Shown in pieces: positions 47,593 to 60,924 of a DNA stretch of 64,000 nucleotides. The stretch is from NCBI GenBank assembly GCA_030390025.1, contig CM059432.1, positions 111,788,001 to 111,852,000 of the forward strand, read 5' to 3'. The notes beneath the pieces were generated by a model. The model saw only the letters and a program-made list of their open reading frames with translations. It was not told where the DNA came from and searched no databases. The DNA comes from Squalus acanthias (Eukaryota). A program made the translations under genes and the position numbers. How positions within the stretch are numbered: position 1 is the first letter of the stretch; each line of letters starts with the position of its first letter.

Positions 47593-50059
47593 GTCTAGGA
47601 GCAACTGGTCTGAGCAGAATCCTTGAAGTAACCTGCCACACCACTCCCTGAAGACTTTAGCAACTTCAAATAAGACACCAAACCAAGAAACACCTCTACA
47701 AACTCACCAAGAGCCAGTAGAAATCAATCAGCAACTAACCTGAAAGCAGGTGATGATCCCTTTAAAGAGCATTGGTGGCAGGTCCTTCCTGCTGCTGAAC
47801 ACGTGTTCAGCTGTCGGAGGTTAAGAGAGGGCGTTAGCTCCAGCACTGATGCTGCAAGTGGCAGCACTAGCATAAAATCAGCTTTGAATGCTGATTGATG
47901 TCACGATCTGTATACATTGCATCCTTCCAGTGCACGCTCCTTGCGCCAACGCAAACCACTCACCAAAATGGTATCCAGCGTGACCCGCACCAGAAGTGTG
48001 TGAACACAGTGCGGACCCCATTTTGGACACAGAACGGCACCCATGGAGCCGAAATTCGAGCCCCTTCTATTTTACAGGTGTTTACTTTCCCTAAACTCCA
48101 ACAATATGGTACAGCAAATATTTTATTTCACCCCGCCCCAGTAAAAGAATGTCAAAATGGCTTTATTCTGTGCCAATAGGAGATACTTCCCTCCGAATCA
48201 CGCATAGTTCACACTTCACCCACTGTTTGCTATTTGCATTCCATTTCCTGATGTCAATGTAAGTGTATCAAAGCTTGATTTTTCCAAGGCTACCCATCTT
48301 TCATTCCTGTTTATATGTGTTGATTTCTTTTTCAAATCTGAATATGACTTACTTGAATTCTACAGAAATTCTCTAACACAAGGAATGGGCGTAGAAAATA
48401 TACTCGTAAAACATCATATGGCACTGATGAAATCTAATAACGGTTGATGGAATTGAAGTTGACAACAAACCTAATAAAAGTGTCCTCTTCATTATACCTC
48501 AGCTTATACTGACAACGTCTCTGTCAAAGTCCATCTTACAGTATCAGTACTGTGTGTCGCTATACCAGAATTCAAAATGCAGCACTCTTAATCCTACACA
48601 TTCCATTTATATGTTGTCACAAGAAACACGTATGTATAAATCTAGTCGGAGATTGCTTTTGTATGTATAAATTTAATTTAGGTGCCTTGTATGTGGTAGG
48701 CATACTTTATTTATCCCAAGCTCTGAGGACGGAAACAAATACTTAGGGAGCATAGTTAAGAACTCCAGCAAGCTACAGGTGGGATTGCTGAGTAGGTTTT
48801 AACTTCTCTGTCAGCGGGGATGTTGGTTCAGAACTAAGTGATAATAAGGACATTCTGTGAGGATTCAGGGACAGATTCTTCCTTAGGGAGCTTGGAGCTC
48901 AGTGGAAAGGAAGCAAGATTTAAATATCTATTAAAGACTCAGTTAATTCCAAGTCAGCAAGGCAATTTCAGAGCACTAAACCTATGGCTCTCTGTTACTT
49001 TCTTTACAAAGATTTCTGTCATGGAGCAAAAGGCTCAACTATTAGCTCTTGCTGTTGTTTAACTGGGATCAGACGGTAAATACTGATCTGTAGTTGGGAT
49101 GAGTGTCCAGCTTATTTGCAAAGTCAAAGCTGAAAATTAGTTTCTGATGCACATAAATGATTCGGAAATACGGATGCATTCCTTTCGACCAGGGAATATG
49201 GGTGCATGCACACCTTCACAGCAGTAGTCTTGGGCATGGCCATCACTGTACCACCAGCCTCTCCCTTCCCAGTTAAAACTCTGGCAGGTAAAATTGATCC
49301 ACCCTCTACAGTAGACCACCAGGAATAATGAATGGAAATGACACCATTAGCTTGCCAAAGATTTGTCATTACTGAAAACCCTTCCCCATAGATAATTAAG
49401 AATAAAATATTTTAAATAGTTCTCTTTATCTAAAGGATAGCCCTTAAGTGTGCTGTTGTGATTGTGTTCGCTCATCAGTTGCTGTGTTAATGGGAAACTA
49501 ATATTGGAAAATGCAAAATAGTTCCACACATGCTTAGACAGGGGTAAAATGAGTATAAACCAGATGGGCCGTTGTGAGTCTGATTTATTTGGAATCCTGC
49601 CTGGCATTATGTCCTAGATTGTTGCTGACATGAAGCATGACCACCCTTCCTCTCCCAGTAGGCAGGTTAACGCATACTCCCTCCCCAGGCTGTAGCAAGG
49701 AAACCTATACTTCCAGATACTTCCCTCTGCCCTTTCATCCTGAGGTACTACACACCAGGTCAAAAACAAAGGGCTACAGAAGTTGGCCATATTATATAAA
49801 AGTTGTACAGCAGATACACAGTGTACACAAGATGTGAAAGGGAGAGGAATTCTATTTATATGGCTGCTGTGCTTTTCTGAAACACCAGAGAAATGAATAT
49901 TGTAGGAATACATCATGCCCAGTTGACAGTGTACATTAACAGAAGTCAGCACAGACATTTCTGAGCCATATAGTACCAGATATAAATGAATTGTTACTTT
50001 TTTTGCCTAGTACGTGTGGTAAAGATGTTGGGCCTGAAAGGTGCTTGAGATGTATGGTA

Positions 50060-50365
50060 CCAGGTGCAAGGGAAATGTACAGGGTGTACGGATCATTACT
50101 AAAAGAATGAAGAGAGAAGTTAAGAGAATGTTTTTTACACAAAGGATTGTTAGAACATAGAATACCCGACAAGAAAGGGTGGTGGAAGCAGAATCCATAA
50201 TAGATTTTAAAAGGGAAGTGGATACATTTTTGAAAAAGAAGAAGTTCAAAGAATATGGGGTAAGGGCAGGGGAATGAGACAAAATAGATTGCCCTTTCAG
50301 AGAGCTGGCACAGGCACAATGCATCGAATGCCTCCTCCTGTGCTGTAAAATTCTATGACTTTATG
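50060..50365 (+). mobile_element. Old CR1 3' fragment (different 3' UTR subtype)
   Basis: FFTQRIV...FKREVDTFL-like ORF2 end; UTR GAGAGCTGGCACAGG...CCTCCTGTGCTGTAAAATTCTATG. Confidence 0.75.
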
Positions 50366-50899
50366 AATTATATATTTACGGGGTTCTAAGAGTCTCCTTC
50401 AGTCTATGTAAAAATCTGACAGCACAAATATTGACTGTATTTTTATTGATCCATAACATGCTGCAGAAATGATTGCATTTCCATGGTCAAACAGAATAAT
50501 GGCCCAGTATTGGCTTTTACACTTTCTGTTTATACCTGTCATAGTTGCTCAACCATAGAAAAACTTTTATGCAATTGATGTTTTGATAAATCCTATTAGA
50601 TAAAATATCATATTCCAAAGTGATATTTGATTTATCACATGATATGATAATATCATAACTGGTGCTTATTTCTTCCCACAGAACATCTGCAAAATTAATC
50701 TCCCAGACAACAGTGTAAATCTCCAGCACAGTGACAATCCAACAGCTCTCATGGTTATTTCTTTCCTCTGGTGCCAGCCCACAAATTACCAGATTTATAA
50801 AATGCAATTGCACAATTTGGGCAGGTATTTGAACTCACAACCTCTAGGTTGCCATCCACTACCATAACCACGAGGCTACCAGACGAAGAATTCTTTTTG

Positions 50900-51700
50900 A
50901 ATTTGATGCATTAGGGGCTAGGAGCCAATGGAACTTAGCAACGGTAGTGACAATAAAGGAGCCGGACTTGATGCAGGATAAGTTGCAGTGGTAAAATTTT
51001 GAATGCATTGTAGTTTATGTAGGGCAGGACACATGAGGCTGCAAAGAGAGCATTGGAGTAGTTGAGACTGGAGGTAATGAAAGTGTGGATGATTGTTTCA
51101 AGAGTTCTGGTGGTGAGATAGGGCTGGAGGCAGGTGATGTTGTGAGGATATAAATAGGCAATCTTGGTGGTGTCTAGTATGTGGGGTTTGAAGGTTAGCT
51201 CAGCACAGGGTTAGACAAGATACTGAGGTTGTGTTGGGTTCGGCCTCAATGAGCAGTCAGGGAGGGGGACGGAACCAGAGACTGAGGTATGGAGTTGTTG
51301 ATGGAAATCAAAATAGCTGACTTCTGTTTTGCCAAAGTTACATGGAAATAAAGTTCTGACTCATCCACAATTCAATATGTGGAGAAGTGGTGGTTGTGGG
51401 ATCAAGGTTAGTGGTGGGGAGATGAAGCTGCAAGATACTGGCATATGCGTGGAAGCTGACCCCATTCCAAAGGATCATATGACTGAGGGGCAACATAGAG
51501 ATGAGGAAAACAAGGGAGGTTAAGGTGGAAGTTTGGAGCAAATCTAAGGTGACCCTGCAATGGTGGGAAGAAAACCCTGTGAAAGGCGTGTGTTGGCTGC
51601 ATGGTAGACTGAGAGTTAGAGTTGGAATCAAGAGACGGTAGAGCATGGATAAACTGGAGTCTCCGGGAAAGAAAGATTAACAGACTGGACACTGCTGTGA
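50900..51700 (-). mobile_element. Highly degenerate L2-like LINE remnant; boundaries approximate
   Basis: Minus-strand GVSFHAYA...WMSQNF and ATCCACACTTTCATTACCTCCAGTCTCAACTACTCCAATGC resemble the L2 at 26784-27758. Confidence 0.6.
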
Positions 51701-51928
51701 GCAACCCAGCAGAAAAAAAATTGAGGCATTTAAAAATGTGTGCTCTTTCGTATACTTGGAAAACTTTTGTTTATTGGTATAAAAAGATTAGAGATGGGGA
51801 AAAAGGCTGTTTGGCTGGGTGGGGCTGTTGGAAGTGGGACATCATCTGAACAAATCTTCAGGAAAAGGCGCAAAAACAATTGACAAAACAAGACTAGTTA
51901 CATGGAGGTAGACCACAAAGGAGAGATC

Positions 51929-52419
51929 TACAGGGTGTTTGTGTGTGTGTGGAGTGATGTGATGGAGCAGGTTGTACAGGGTGTGTGTGGAGTGATGTGA
52001 TGGAGCAGGTTGTACAGGGTGTGTGTGTCTGGGGTGATGTGATGGAGCAGGTTGTACAGGGTGTGTGTGGAGTGATGTGATGGAGCAGGTTGTACAGGGT
52101 GTGTGTGTGTGTGGAGTGATGTGATGGAGCAGGTTGTACAGGGTGTGTGTGGAGTGTGGAGTGATGTGATGGAGCAGGTTGTACAGGGTGTGTGTGGAGT
52201 GATGTGATGGAGCAGGTTGGACAGGGTGTGTGTGGAGTGATGTGATGGAGCAGGTTGTACAGGGTGTGTGTGGAGTGTTGTGTTGGAGCAGGTTGTACTG
52301 GGTGCGTGTGCAGTGATGTGATGGAGCAGGTTGTACAGGGTGTGTGTGCAGTGATGTGATGGAGCAGGTTGCACAGGGTGTGTGTGTCTGGGGTGATGTG
52401 ATGGAGCAGGTTGTACAGT
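51929..52419. repeat. Minisatellite B (left), about 38-44-bp unit GGAGTGATGTGATGGAGCAGGTTGTACAGG(GT)n
   Basis: Tandem copies with a variable-length (GT)n tract. Confidence 0.96.
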
Positions 52420-55400
52420 GCAAATAATAATTCATGTAGGTCTGAAAGCGTTAAAAAAACAAGCCTGAAGGCTTACTGTCTTAATGCAAGGAGCATTCGG
52501 AACAAGGTGGATGAATTAGCTGCGCAAATAGAGGTAAATGAATACGATTTGATTGGGATTACAGAAACATGGCTCCAGGGTGGCCAAGGCTGGGAACTCA
52601 ACATCCAGGGCTATTCAATATTTAGGAAAGATAGGCAAAAAAGAAAGGGAGGTGGGGTAGCTTTGCTGGTTAATGAGGGAATTAATACAATTGAAAGGAA
52701 GGATATTAGCTCTGATGATGCGGAATCTGTGTGGGTAGAACTGAGAAATAACAAGGGGCAGAAAACGTTAGTGGGAGTGGTATATAGACCTCCAAACAGT
52801 AATACGGAGGTTGGGGACGGCATTAAAAGGGAAATTAGAGAAGCATGCAGTAAGGGCACAGCAGTCATCATGGGTGACTTTAATTTACACATAGCTAACC
52901 AAATTAGTAAAAATACTGTGGAGGAGGAATTCCTAGAATGTTTACGAGATGGTTTTCTGGAACAATATGTCGAGGAACCAACCAGAGATCAGGCCATCTT
53001 AGACTGGGTATTATGTAACGAGAAAGGATTAATTAGCAATCTTGTTGTACGAGGCCCCTTGGGTCAGAGTGATCATAATATGATAGAATTCTTCATTAGG
53101 ATGGAGAGTGAAGTAGTTGAATCGGAGACTAGGGTCCTAAATTTAAATAAAGGAAACTACGATGGTATGAGGCGCGAATTGGGTAGGATTGATTGGGGAA
53201 TGTCACTCAAGGGGTTGACGGTGGATAGGCAATGGCAAACATTCAAAGACTGCATGGATGAACTACAGAATTTGTACATCCCAGTGTGGCATAAGAATAA
53301 ATCAAAAAGGGTGACTCAACCGTGTGTGGAGTGTTCTGATCGAGCAGGTTGTACAGGGTGTGTGTGTGTGGAGTGATGTGATGGAACAGGTTGTACAGTG
53401 TGTGTGTGTGTGTGGAATGATGTGATGGAGCAGGTTGTACAGGGTGTGTGTGCAGTGATGTGATGGAGCAGGTTGTACAGGGGGTGTGTGTGAGCTAAGA
53501 AGGGAAATTAGGGATAGCATAAGATCCAAGGAGAGGGCATATAAATTGGCCAGAAAAAGCGGTAGCCCTGAGGATTGGGAGCAGTTTAGGATTCAACAAA
53601 GGAGGACAAAGGGATTAATTAAGAAGGGGAAAATAGAATATGAAAGTAAGCTTGCTGGGAACATAAAAACTGACTGTAAGAGCTTTTATAGATATGTGAA
53701 GAGTAAAAGATTAGTGAAATCAAGTGTAGGTCCCTTGCAGTCAGAAGCGGGGGAAGTTATAATGGGGAACAAAGAAATGGCAGCCCAATTAAATGCATAT
53801 TTTGGTTCTGTCTTCACAAAGGAGGACACAAATAAGCTCCCAGAGATGTTGGAGAACATACGGTCTGATGAAAGGGAGGAACTGAAAGAAATCAGTATTT
53901 GCAGGGAAATGGTGTTAGGGAAATTGACGATATTGAAGGCCGATAAATCCCCAGGGCCTGATAATCTACATCCTAGGGTACTTAAGGAAGTAGCCCTAGA
54001 AATAGTAGATGCATTGCTGATCATCTTCCAACATTCGATGGAATCTGGAACTGTACCCATGGATTGGAGAGTAGCTAATGTTACCCCACTATTAAAAAAA
54101 AAGGGTGGTAGAGAGAAAGCGGGGAATTACAGACCGGTAAGCCTGACATCGGTAGTGGGGAAAATGCTAGAGGCCAATATAAAGGATGTAATAGCTGAGC
54201 ATTTGAAAAACAGTGACAGGATCCGACAAAGTCAACATGGATTTACAAAAGGTAAATCGTGCTTGACTAATCTACTGGAACTTTTTGAGGATGTAACTGG
54301 GAAAATAGATAAGTGTAGATGTGGTGTATTTGGACTTTCGAAAGGCTTTTGATAAGGTCCCGCATAAGAGATTAGCGGGTAAAGTTAAGGCACATGGGAT
54401 TGGGGGCAAGGTATTGACTTGGATAGAGAACTGGTTGGCGGACAGAAAGCAGAGAGTAGGAATTAATGGGTCTTTTTCCGAGTGGCAAGCAGTGACTAGT
54501 GGGGTACTGCAGGGATCGGTCCTTGGACCCCAGCTATTCATAATATACATTAATGATCTAGATAAGGGAATTAAATGTAATATCTCCAAGTTTGCAGATG
54601 ACACAAAGCTGGGTGGGAGTGTGTGCTGCGAGGAGGATACCGAGAAACTCCAGGATGATCTGGACAGGTTGGGTGAGTGGGCAGAAGCGTGGCAGATCCA
54701 ATATAACGTGGATAAGTGCGAGGTTATCCACTTTGGTGTCAAAAACAGAAAGGCAGACTATTATTTGAATGGCAATAGATTGGGAGAAGGGGAAGTGCAA
54801 CGAGACCTGGGTGTCCTTGTGCACCAGTCGCTGAAAGTAAGCATGCAGGTGCAGCAGGCGGTGAAGAAGGCAAATGGTATGTTGGCCTTCATAGCGAAAG
54901 GGTTTGAGTATAGGAACAGGGATGTCCTGCTGCAGTTGTACAGGGCCTTGGTGAGACTACACCTTGAGTACTGTGTGCAGTTTTGGTCGCCTTATCTGAG
55001 GAAGGATGTTCTTGCCATGGAAGGAGTTCAGCGAAGATTCACAAGGCTGATACCTGGGATGGCAGGAATGACATATGAGGAGAGATTGGGTCGATTGGGC
55101 TTATACTCGCTGGAGTATAGAAGAATGAGAGGGGATCTCATCGAAACATATAAAACTCTGACAGGTTTGGACAAACTAGATGCAGGAAGAATGTTCCCGA
55201 TGGTCGGAGAGTCCAGAACCAGGGGTCATAATCTACGGATAACGGGGAAACCATTTTGGACAAAAATGAGGAAGAATTTCTTTACCCAGAGAGTGGTGAA
55301 CCTGTGGAATTCTCTACCACAGAAGGTAGTTGAGGCGAAGTCATTAAATATATTCAAGGATGAGTTAGATATATTTCTTAAAGCTAAAGGTATCAAGGGA

Positions 55401-55523
55401 TATGGGGAGAAGGCAGGTACAGGGTACTGAGTTTAGATGATCAGCCATGATCTCATCGAATGGCGGAGCAGGCTCAAGGGGCCGAATGGCCTACTCCTGC
55501 TCCTATCTTCTATGTTTCTATGT
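52420..55523 (+). mobile_element. CR1 LINE with nearly complete ORF2 (APE + RT), disrupted
   Basis: LNARSIRNK, ITETWL, GGGVAL, VYRPP, MGDFN, LDWV, SDHN, then RT motifs to the stop at 55430 and an (TTTCTATG)n tail; disrupted by a satellite insert at 53325-53493 and a frameshift near 54312. Confidence 0.96.
53325..53493. repeat. About four minisatellite-B units inside CR1 ORF2
   Basis: Inserted between CAACCGTG and GCTAAGAAGGGAAATT, i.e. within the QPWL codons. Confidence 0.95.
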
Positions 55524-56238
55524 GTGGAGTGATGTGATGGAGCAGGTTGTACAGGGTGTGTGTGCAGTGATGTGATGGAGCAGGTTGTACAGGGTGTGTG
55601 TGTGTGGAGTGATGTGATGGAGCAGGTTGTACAGGTTGTGTGTGTGGAGTGATGTGATGGAGCAGGTTGTACAGGGTGTGTGTGGAGTGATGTGATGGAG
55701 CAGGTTGTACAGGTTGTGTGTGTGGAGTGATGTGATGGAGCAGGTTGTACAGAGTGTGTGTGTGTGGAGTGATGTGATGGAGCAGGTTGTACAGGGTGTG
55801 TGTGTGTGGAGTGATGTGATGGAGCAGGTTGTACAGGGTGTGTGTGTGTGGAGTGATGTGATGGAGCAGGTTGTACAGGGTGTGTGTGTGTGTGGAGTGA
55901 TGTGATGGAGCTGGTTGTACAGGGTGTGTGTGGAGTGATGTGATGGAGCAGGTTGTACAGGGTGTGTGTGGAGTGATGTGATGGAGCAGGTTGTACAGGG
56001 TGTGTGTGGAGTGATGTGATGGAGCAGGTTGTACAGGGTGTGTGTGTGTGGAGTGATGTGATGGAGCAGGTTGTACAGGGTGTGTGTGCAGTGATGTGAT
56101 GGAGCAGGTTGTACAGGGTGTGTGTGGAGTGATGTGATGGAGCAGGTTGTACAGGGTGTGTGTGTGGAGTGATGTGATGGAGCAGGTTGTACAGGGTGTG
56201 TGTGTGTGTGGAGTGATGTGATGGAGCAGGTTGTACAA
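55522..56238. repeat. Minisatellite B (right)
   Basis: Same unit, resuming directly at the CR1 tail. Confidence 0.96.
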
Positions 56239-58211
56239 GGTCTGTGGGGGAGCGGTTGTGGTGGTTACTGTCTGCTGGTGCAAACTATTTTCTGTTCATA
56301 GCTTTTTGGATGTTTTTTGTTGGTTTTACAGCTTTGAATCTTGGTTTCTGCTGGTTATCATTAAGTGTGTCGTCTCTCTGTACTGTCCAGTGCCCTGATA
56401 TCTGATTAATTCTTGTTCATGTCATTGGGTTTTGAACAAAGTGTGCCTGTACTGAGTGATTTGTTAGTCTCTTGTGGTTTATGATGGTTGCATTTTGTAT
56501 CATGTTTTCGTGATCTGATTTGCTGTGCTTTGTACCATGACCTTCTTTTGTTGCTGCATCACCTGCATCCAGTTATGTCACATTCACCAAGGTCTGTTGT
56601 GCTGCATGCAGTTGGTTTTGCTTTCCTGCCCTCTCTGACATTGCTGAGATTTCTACCTGTTTGTTTTTTGTGTACCCTTAATTGAAATTTTGTAAATATT
56701 TTTCCCTTCATTGTCAGTGTGTCGTGTGACATCTCCCTGCTTCATTTGGTATTTTTCAGTGAGGACTCTCATGGCAAGGTGTAGCATGGATGTAAACCAA
56801 AGACTGTTAATAACACATTGAGGACAGTTAGGGCCAAATTGTTTGTGTTAATAGACTTAGTCAATTGTACCCTGTGACAGTTCATCTGCAGCACTTATTT
56901 TCAATGCTTTTCGAATTCTTTACCATTTTTTGCATTATAGTCTGGATATTACTGTTGCTGATATTGGTGGATAAATGCTTCAAGTATTTGAAATGCATTC
57001 TTCCGTCCAGCATTTTAGCAGTTCATTAATACCTCATTAAAAAAGCAGACAGAGGAAAGGATTTGAAATGTTCAGTTCTTGCAGTAATGTTTCTGTAATA
57101 GCTCAGAAAACAGGTGAATTTGGGGCTGATAATATTTCAAAATGGCTGAGCTCTCAGGTGTTCAAATCTACTAACTGCTTCTCCAGAGTTACATGGCTTT
57201 AACCTCTTAGAAACTAGCAGTGGGAAGTGTTAAATACTGACTCCTGTATTTAAGAGTTACCTGAGCCGGGGTTGGTGGAGGTTGATATGTAGGTTACAGC
57301 ATGACAAAGGGGTAAGTCAATACTGCCATTGATACTGTTACACACCTGAAGCTTCCTCCTATTTCCAGAGAAGGGGATTATGGGGCAAGCTGACCAACTT
57401 TGCAGTGAATGGTCTGAAAGAATTTGATTGCCACCGATTATAGCTGCCGATCATTTTTGAAAATCACCTCTTTATTCACTTGTGACTGCAGCAGGAGCCA
57501 GAAGGAGAACATAAATTGGTGAGGGAAAGCGACTACATGCTTGGCTAGGCAGCAAAGTTGATCCTCTTGCCCCTGTGAATACCAGAGAAAAATGGAGTAA
57601 AGCATGCATTTCACAATACAGTAGCACGATACTATAGGCTGTCACCCACACTATCAGCTTGTGTTATCTGAATTAATAGCGCATGTAGATTGTTTAAGTC
57701 ACTTAGCAATGCTCGACTGTCTGGATTGTGCATATCATTGAGATTCTGTTGGTAGCTCATTTAAATTACGTTGAAAAATAAAGTTATAATAATGGCAGCT
57801 GTGCTCTTGGTCTCGATCTGTGTCGTAGCTTATTGGGATTTAACACAGCTCATTCTTGGAGGAAGCCAGCATTACATTTTCACTGATCTGTTGTCTTTTA
57901 ATATTTGTGATATGCTCCTCCACAGAATGGTTATCTCATTTTTCATTTCTGGGAGTTATTTTTCTCGCTTTATCTGATAGAAAATTTAGAAATTCTTCCT
58001 CTACTATTTCTTTGTACCTTATTCGTTGTTAATGTAAGGATCCTGATTGCTTTGGAGGTTGTTGGTGCAGTTTTGTGTTTGTATAGTTTCTCTAAAAGCT
58101 AAATTTTGTGGCTCTTTATTTGAATGAGTAGTATCATAATTTGTGTGCTCATTTAAGAACATAAGAAATAGGAGTTCACACTTCCCCACATTGTATTCCA
58201 TTTGCAAAGTT

Positions 58212-60210
58212 CTTTTTTTTTATTCGTTTATGGAATGTGGGCATTGCTGGCAAGGCCAGCATTTATTGCCCATCCCTAATTTCCCTTGAGAAGGTGATGG
58301 TGAGTTGCCATCTTGAACCGCTGCAGTCTGCGTGGTGTAGGTACTCCCACAGTGCAGTTCGGGAGGGAGTTCCAGGATTTTGACCCAGCGACGATGAAGG
58401 AACGGCGATATACTTCTAAGTCAGGATGGTGTGTGACTTGGAGGGGAATTTGGAGGTGGTGGTGTTCCCATGTGCCTGTTGCCCTTGTCCTTCTAGGTGG
58501 AAGAGGTCGCGGGTTTGGGAGGTGCTGCCGAAGAGACCTTGGTGAGTTGCTGCAGTGCATCTTGTAGATGGTACACACTGCAGCCACAGTACGTCAGTGG
58601 TGGAGGGAGTGACTATTTAAGGTGGTGGATGGGCTGCCAATTAAGCGGGCTGCTTTGTCCTGGATGGTGTCGAGCTTCTTGAGTGTTGTTGGAGTTGAAC
58701 TCATCCAGGCAAGTGGAGAGTATTCCAACACACTCCTTACTTGTGCCTTGTAGATGGTGGAAAGGCTTTGGGGAGTCAGGAGCTGAGACACTCGTCGCAG
58801 AATACCTAGCCTCGGACCTGTTCTTGTTGCCACAGTATTTATGTGGCTGGTCCAGTTAAGTTTTTGGTCAATGGTGACCCCCAGGATGTTGATGGTGGGA
58901 GAATTCAGCGATAGTAATGCCGTTTAATGTCAAGGGGAGGTGGTTAGACTCTCGCTTGTTGGAGATAGTCATTGCCTGGCACTTCTGTGACGCGAATGTT
59001 ACCTGCCACTTATCAGCCCAAGCCGGAACGTCGTCCAGGTCTTTTTGCATGCAGGCATGGACTGCTTCATTATCTGAGGAGTTGTGAATGGCGCTGAACA
59101 CTGTGCAGTCATCAGCGAACATCCCCATTTCTGACCTTATGTTGGAGGGAAGGTCATTGATGAAGCAGCTGAAGATGGGTGAGCCTAGGACACTGCCCTG
59201 AGGAACTCCTGCAGCGATGTCCTGGGGCTGTGATGATTGACCTTCAACCACCACAACCATCTTCCTTTGTGCTAGCTATGACACCAGCCAGTGGAGCGTT
59301 TTCCCCCCGATTCCCATTGACTTCAGTTTTACTAGGGCTCCTTGATGCCACACTCAGTCAAATGCTGCCTTGATGTCAAGGGCAGTCACTCTCACCTCAC
59401 CTCTGGAATTTAGCACCTTTGTCCATGTTTGGACCAAGGCTGTAATGAGGTCAGGAGCCTAGTGGTCTTGGCAGAACCCAAATTGGGCATCAGTGAGCAG
59501 GTTATTGGTGAGTAAGTGCCGCTTGATAGCACTGTCGACGACACCTTCCATCACTTTGCTGATGATTGAGAGTAGACTGATGGGGCGGTAATTGGCTGGA
59601 GTTGATTTGTCCTGCTTTTTGTGGACAGGACATACCTGGGCTGTTTTCCACATTGTCGGATAGATGCCAGTGTTGTAGCTGTACTGCACCAGCTTGGCTA
59701 GAGGCGCAGCTAGTTCTGGAGCATAAGTCTTTAGCACGACAGCCGGGATATTTTCGGGGCCCTAAGCCTTTGCTGTATCCAGTGCGCTCAGCCGTTTCTT
59801 GATATCATGTGGAGTGAATCGAATTGGCTGAAGACTGGCTTCTGTGATGGTGGGGACCTCAGGAGGAGGCCGATATGGATCATCCACTCAGCAATTCTGG
59901 CTGAAGTTGGTTGCAAACGCTTCAGCCTTGTCTTTTGCACTTACATGCTGGGTTCCGCCATCATTGACGATGGGGATATTCATGGAGCCTCCTCCTCCCG
60001 TTAGTTGTTTAATTGTCCACCACCGTTCACAACTGGATGTAGCAGGACTGCAGAGCTTTGATCTGATCCGCTGATTGTGAGATCGCTTAGCCCTGTCTAT
60101 AGCATGCTGCTTCCGCTTTTTAGCATGCATGTAGTCCTGTGTTGCAGTTTCCTCAGGTTGGCACCTCATTTTTAGGTACATCTGGTGCTACTCCTGGCAT
60201 GCTCTTCTAC
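58212..60210 (-). mobile_element. Second LINE family, 2-kb 3' part with degenerate RT
   Basis: NYRPISLLS, QFGF, GVPQGSVLG, FADD, KKLDTIQDKAA; 3' end matches 25100-25186. Confidence 0.9.
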
Positions 60211-60700
60211 GCTCTGATACTATCTTTAACTTCTCCTATTAGCCATGGTTGGACCACTTTTCCTGTAGGGCTTTTGTGCCTTAAAGGAATGTATATTTGT
60301 TGTAAATTATGTATTAATTCTTTAAATGCTAGCCATTGCCTGTCTACCATCATACGGTTTAATGTAATTTCCCAATCTACCTTAGCCAACTCGCCCCTCA
60401 TACCTACGTAGTTTGCTTTGTTTAAATTGAGGACCCTAATTTCAGATTTAACTAAATCACTTTCAAACTCAATATAAAATTCTATCATATTATGGTCACT
60501 CTTCCCTGAAGCCCCCTTTACTACAAGGTTATAATTAACCCTTTCTCATTGCACAATGCTAGATCTAAAATAGCCTGTTCCCTAGTTGGTTCCTCAACAT
60601 ACTGATCTAGAAAACTATCTGGTATACATTCCATGAATTCGTCCTCCACACTATTACTGCAAATTTGGTTTGCTCAGTCTATATCTAGATTAAAGTCCCC
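60211..60700 (-). mobile_element. CR1 endonuclease/linker fragment
   Basis: MIEF.IEFE...RVLNLNKANY..MRGELAKVDW...QPWL; a small CR1 tail/RT remnant also lies at 58155-58210. Confidence 0.85.
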
Positions 60701-60924
60701 TTTCCTGACTTGATTAGTGAGTTTCCAATAGTAATTGGAGTTTTATAAACACACAATTCATGTTATAAGCATCAGAATAAGCGTTAAAAAAGTCACAGTG
60801 CAAAGTGGATTATAATTTGAATATGGTCTTGCACCATATTTCTGTATTTCAATTGATTTTGTTGTGTGGTTAGTCAATTTGAATATTAACGTATATTCAT
60901 GCAATGAATCATGATTCGCTGTAT

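Larger units (their letters stand above)
44961..48063. mobile_element. Harbinger element 5 (internally deleted Myb +, transposase -)
   Basis: TIR GGCCTAGAAATT / rc GGGCTCGAATTT; TSD CTT on both sides (44958-44960, 48064-48066). Confidence 0.88.

Noticed and set aside
49124..49369. Short ORFs in unique sequence
   Set aside because: No recognisable domain or convincing splice donor; lengths are compatible with chance.
51842..56283. His/Thr/Pro-rich ORFs (51842..52435, 55510..56283)
   Set aside because: Translations of minisatellite B.
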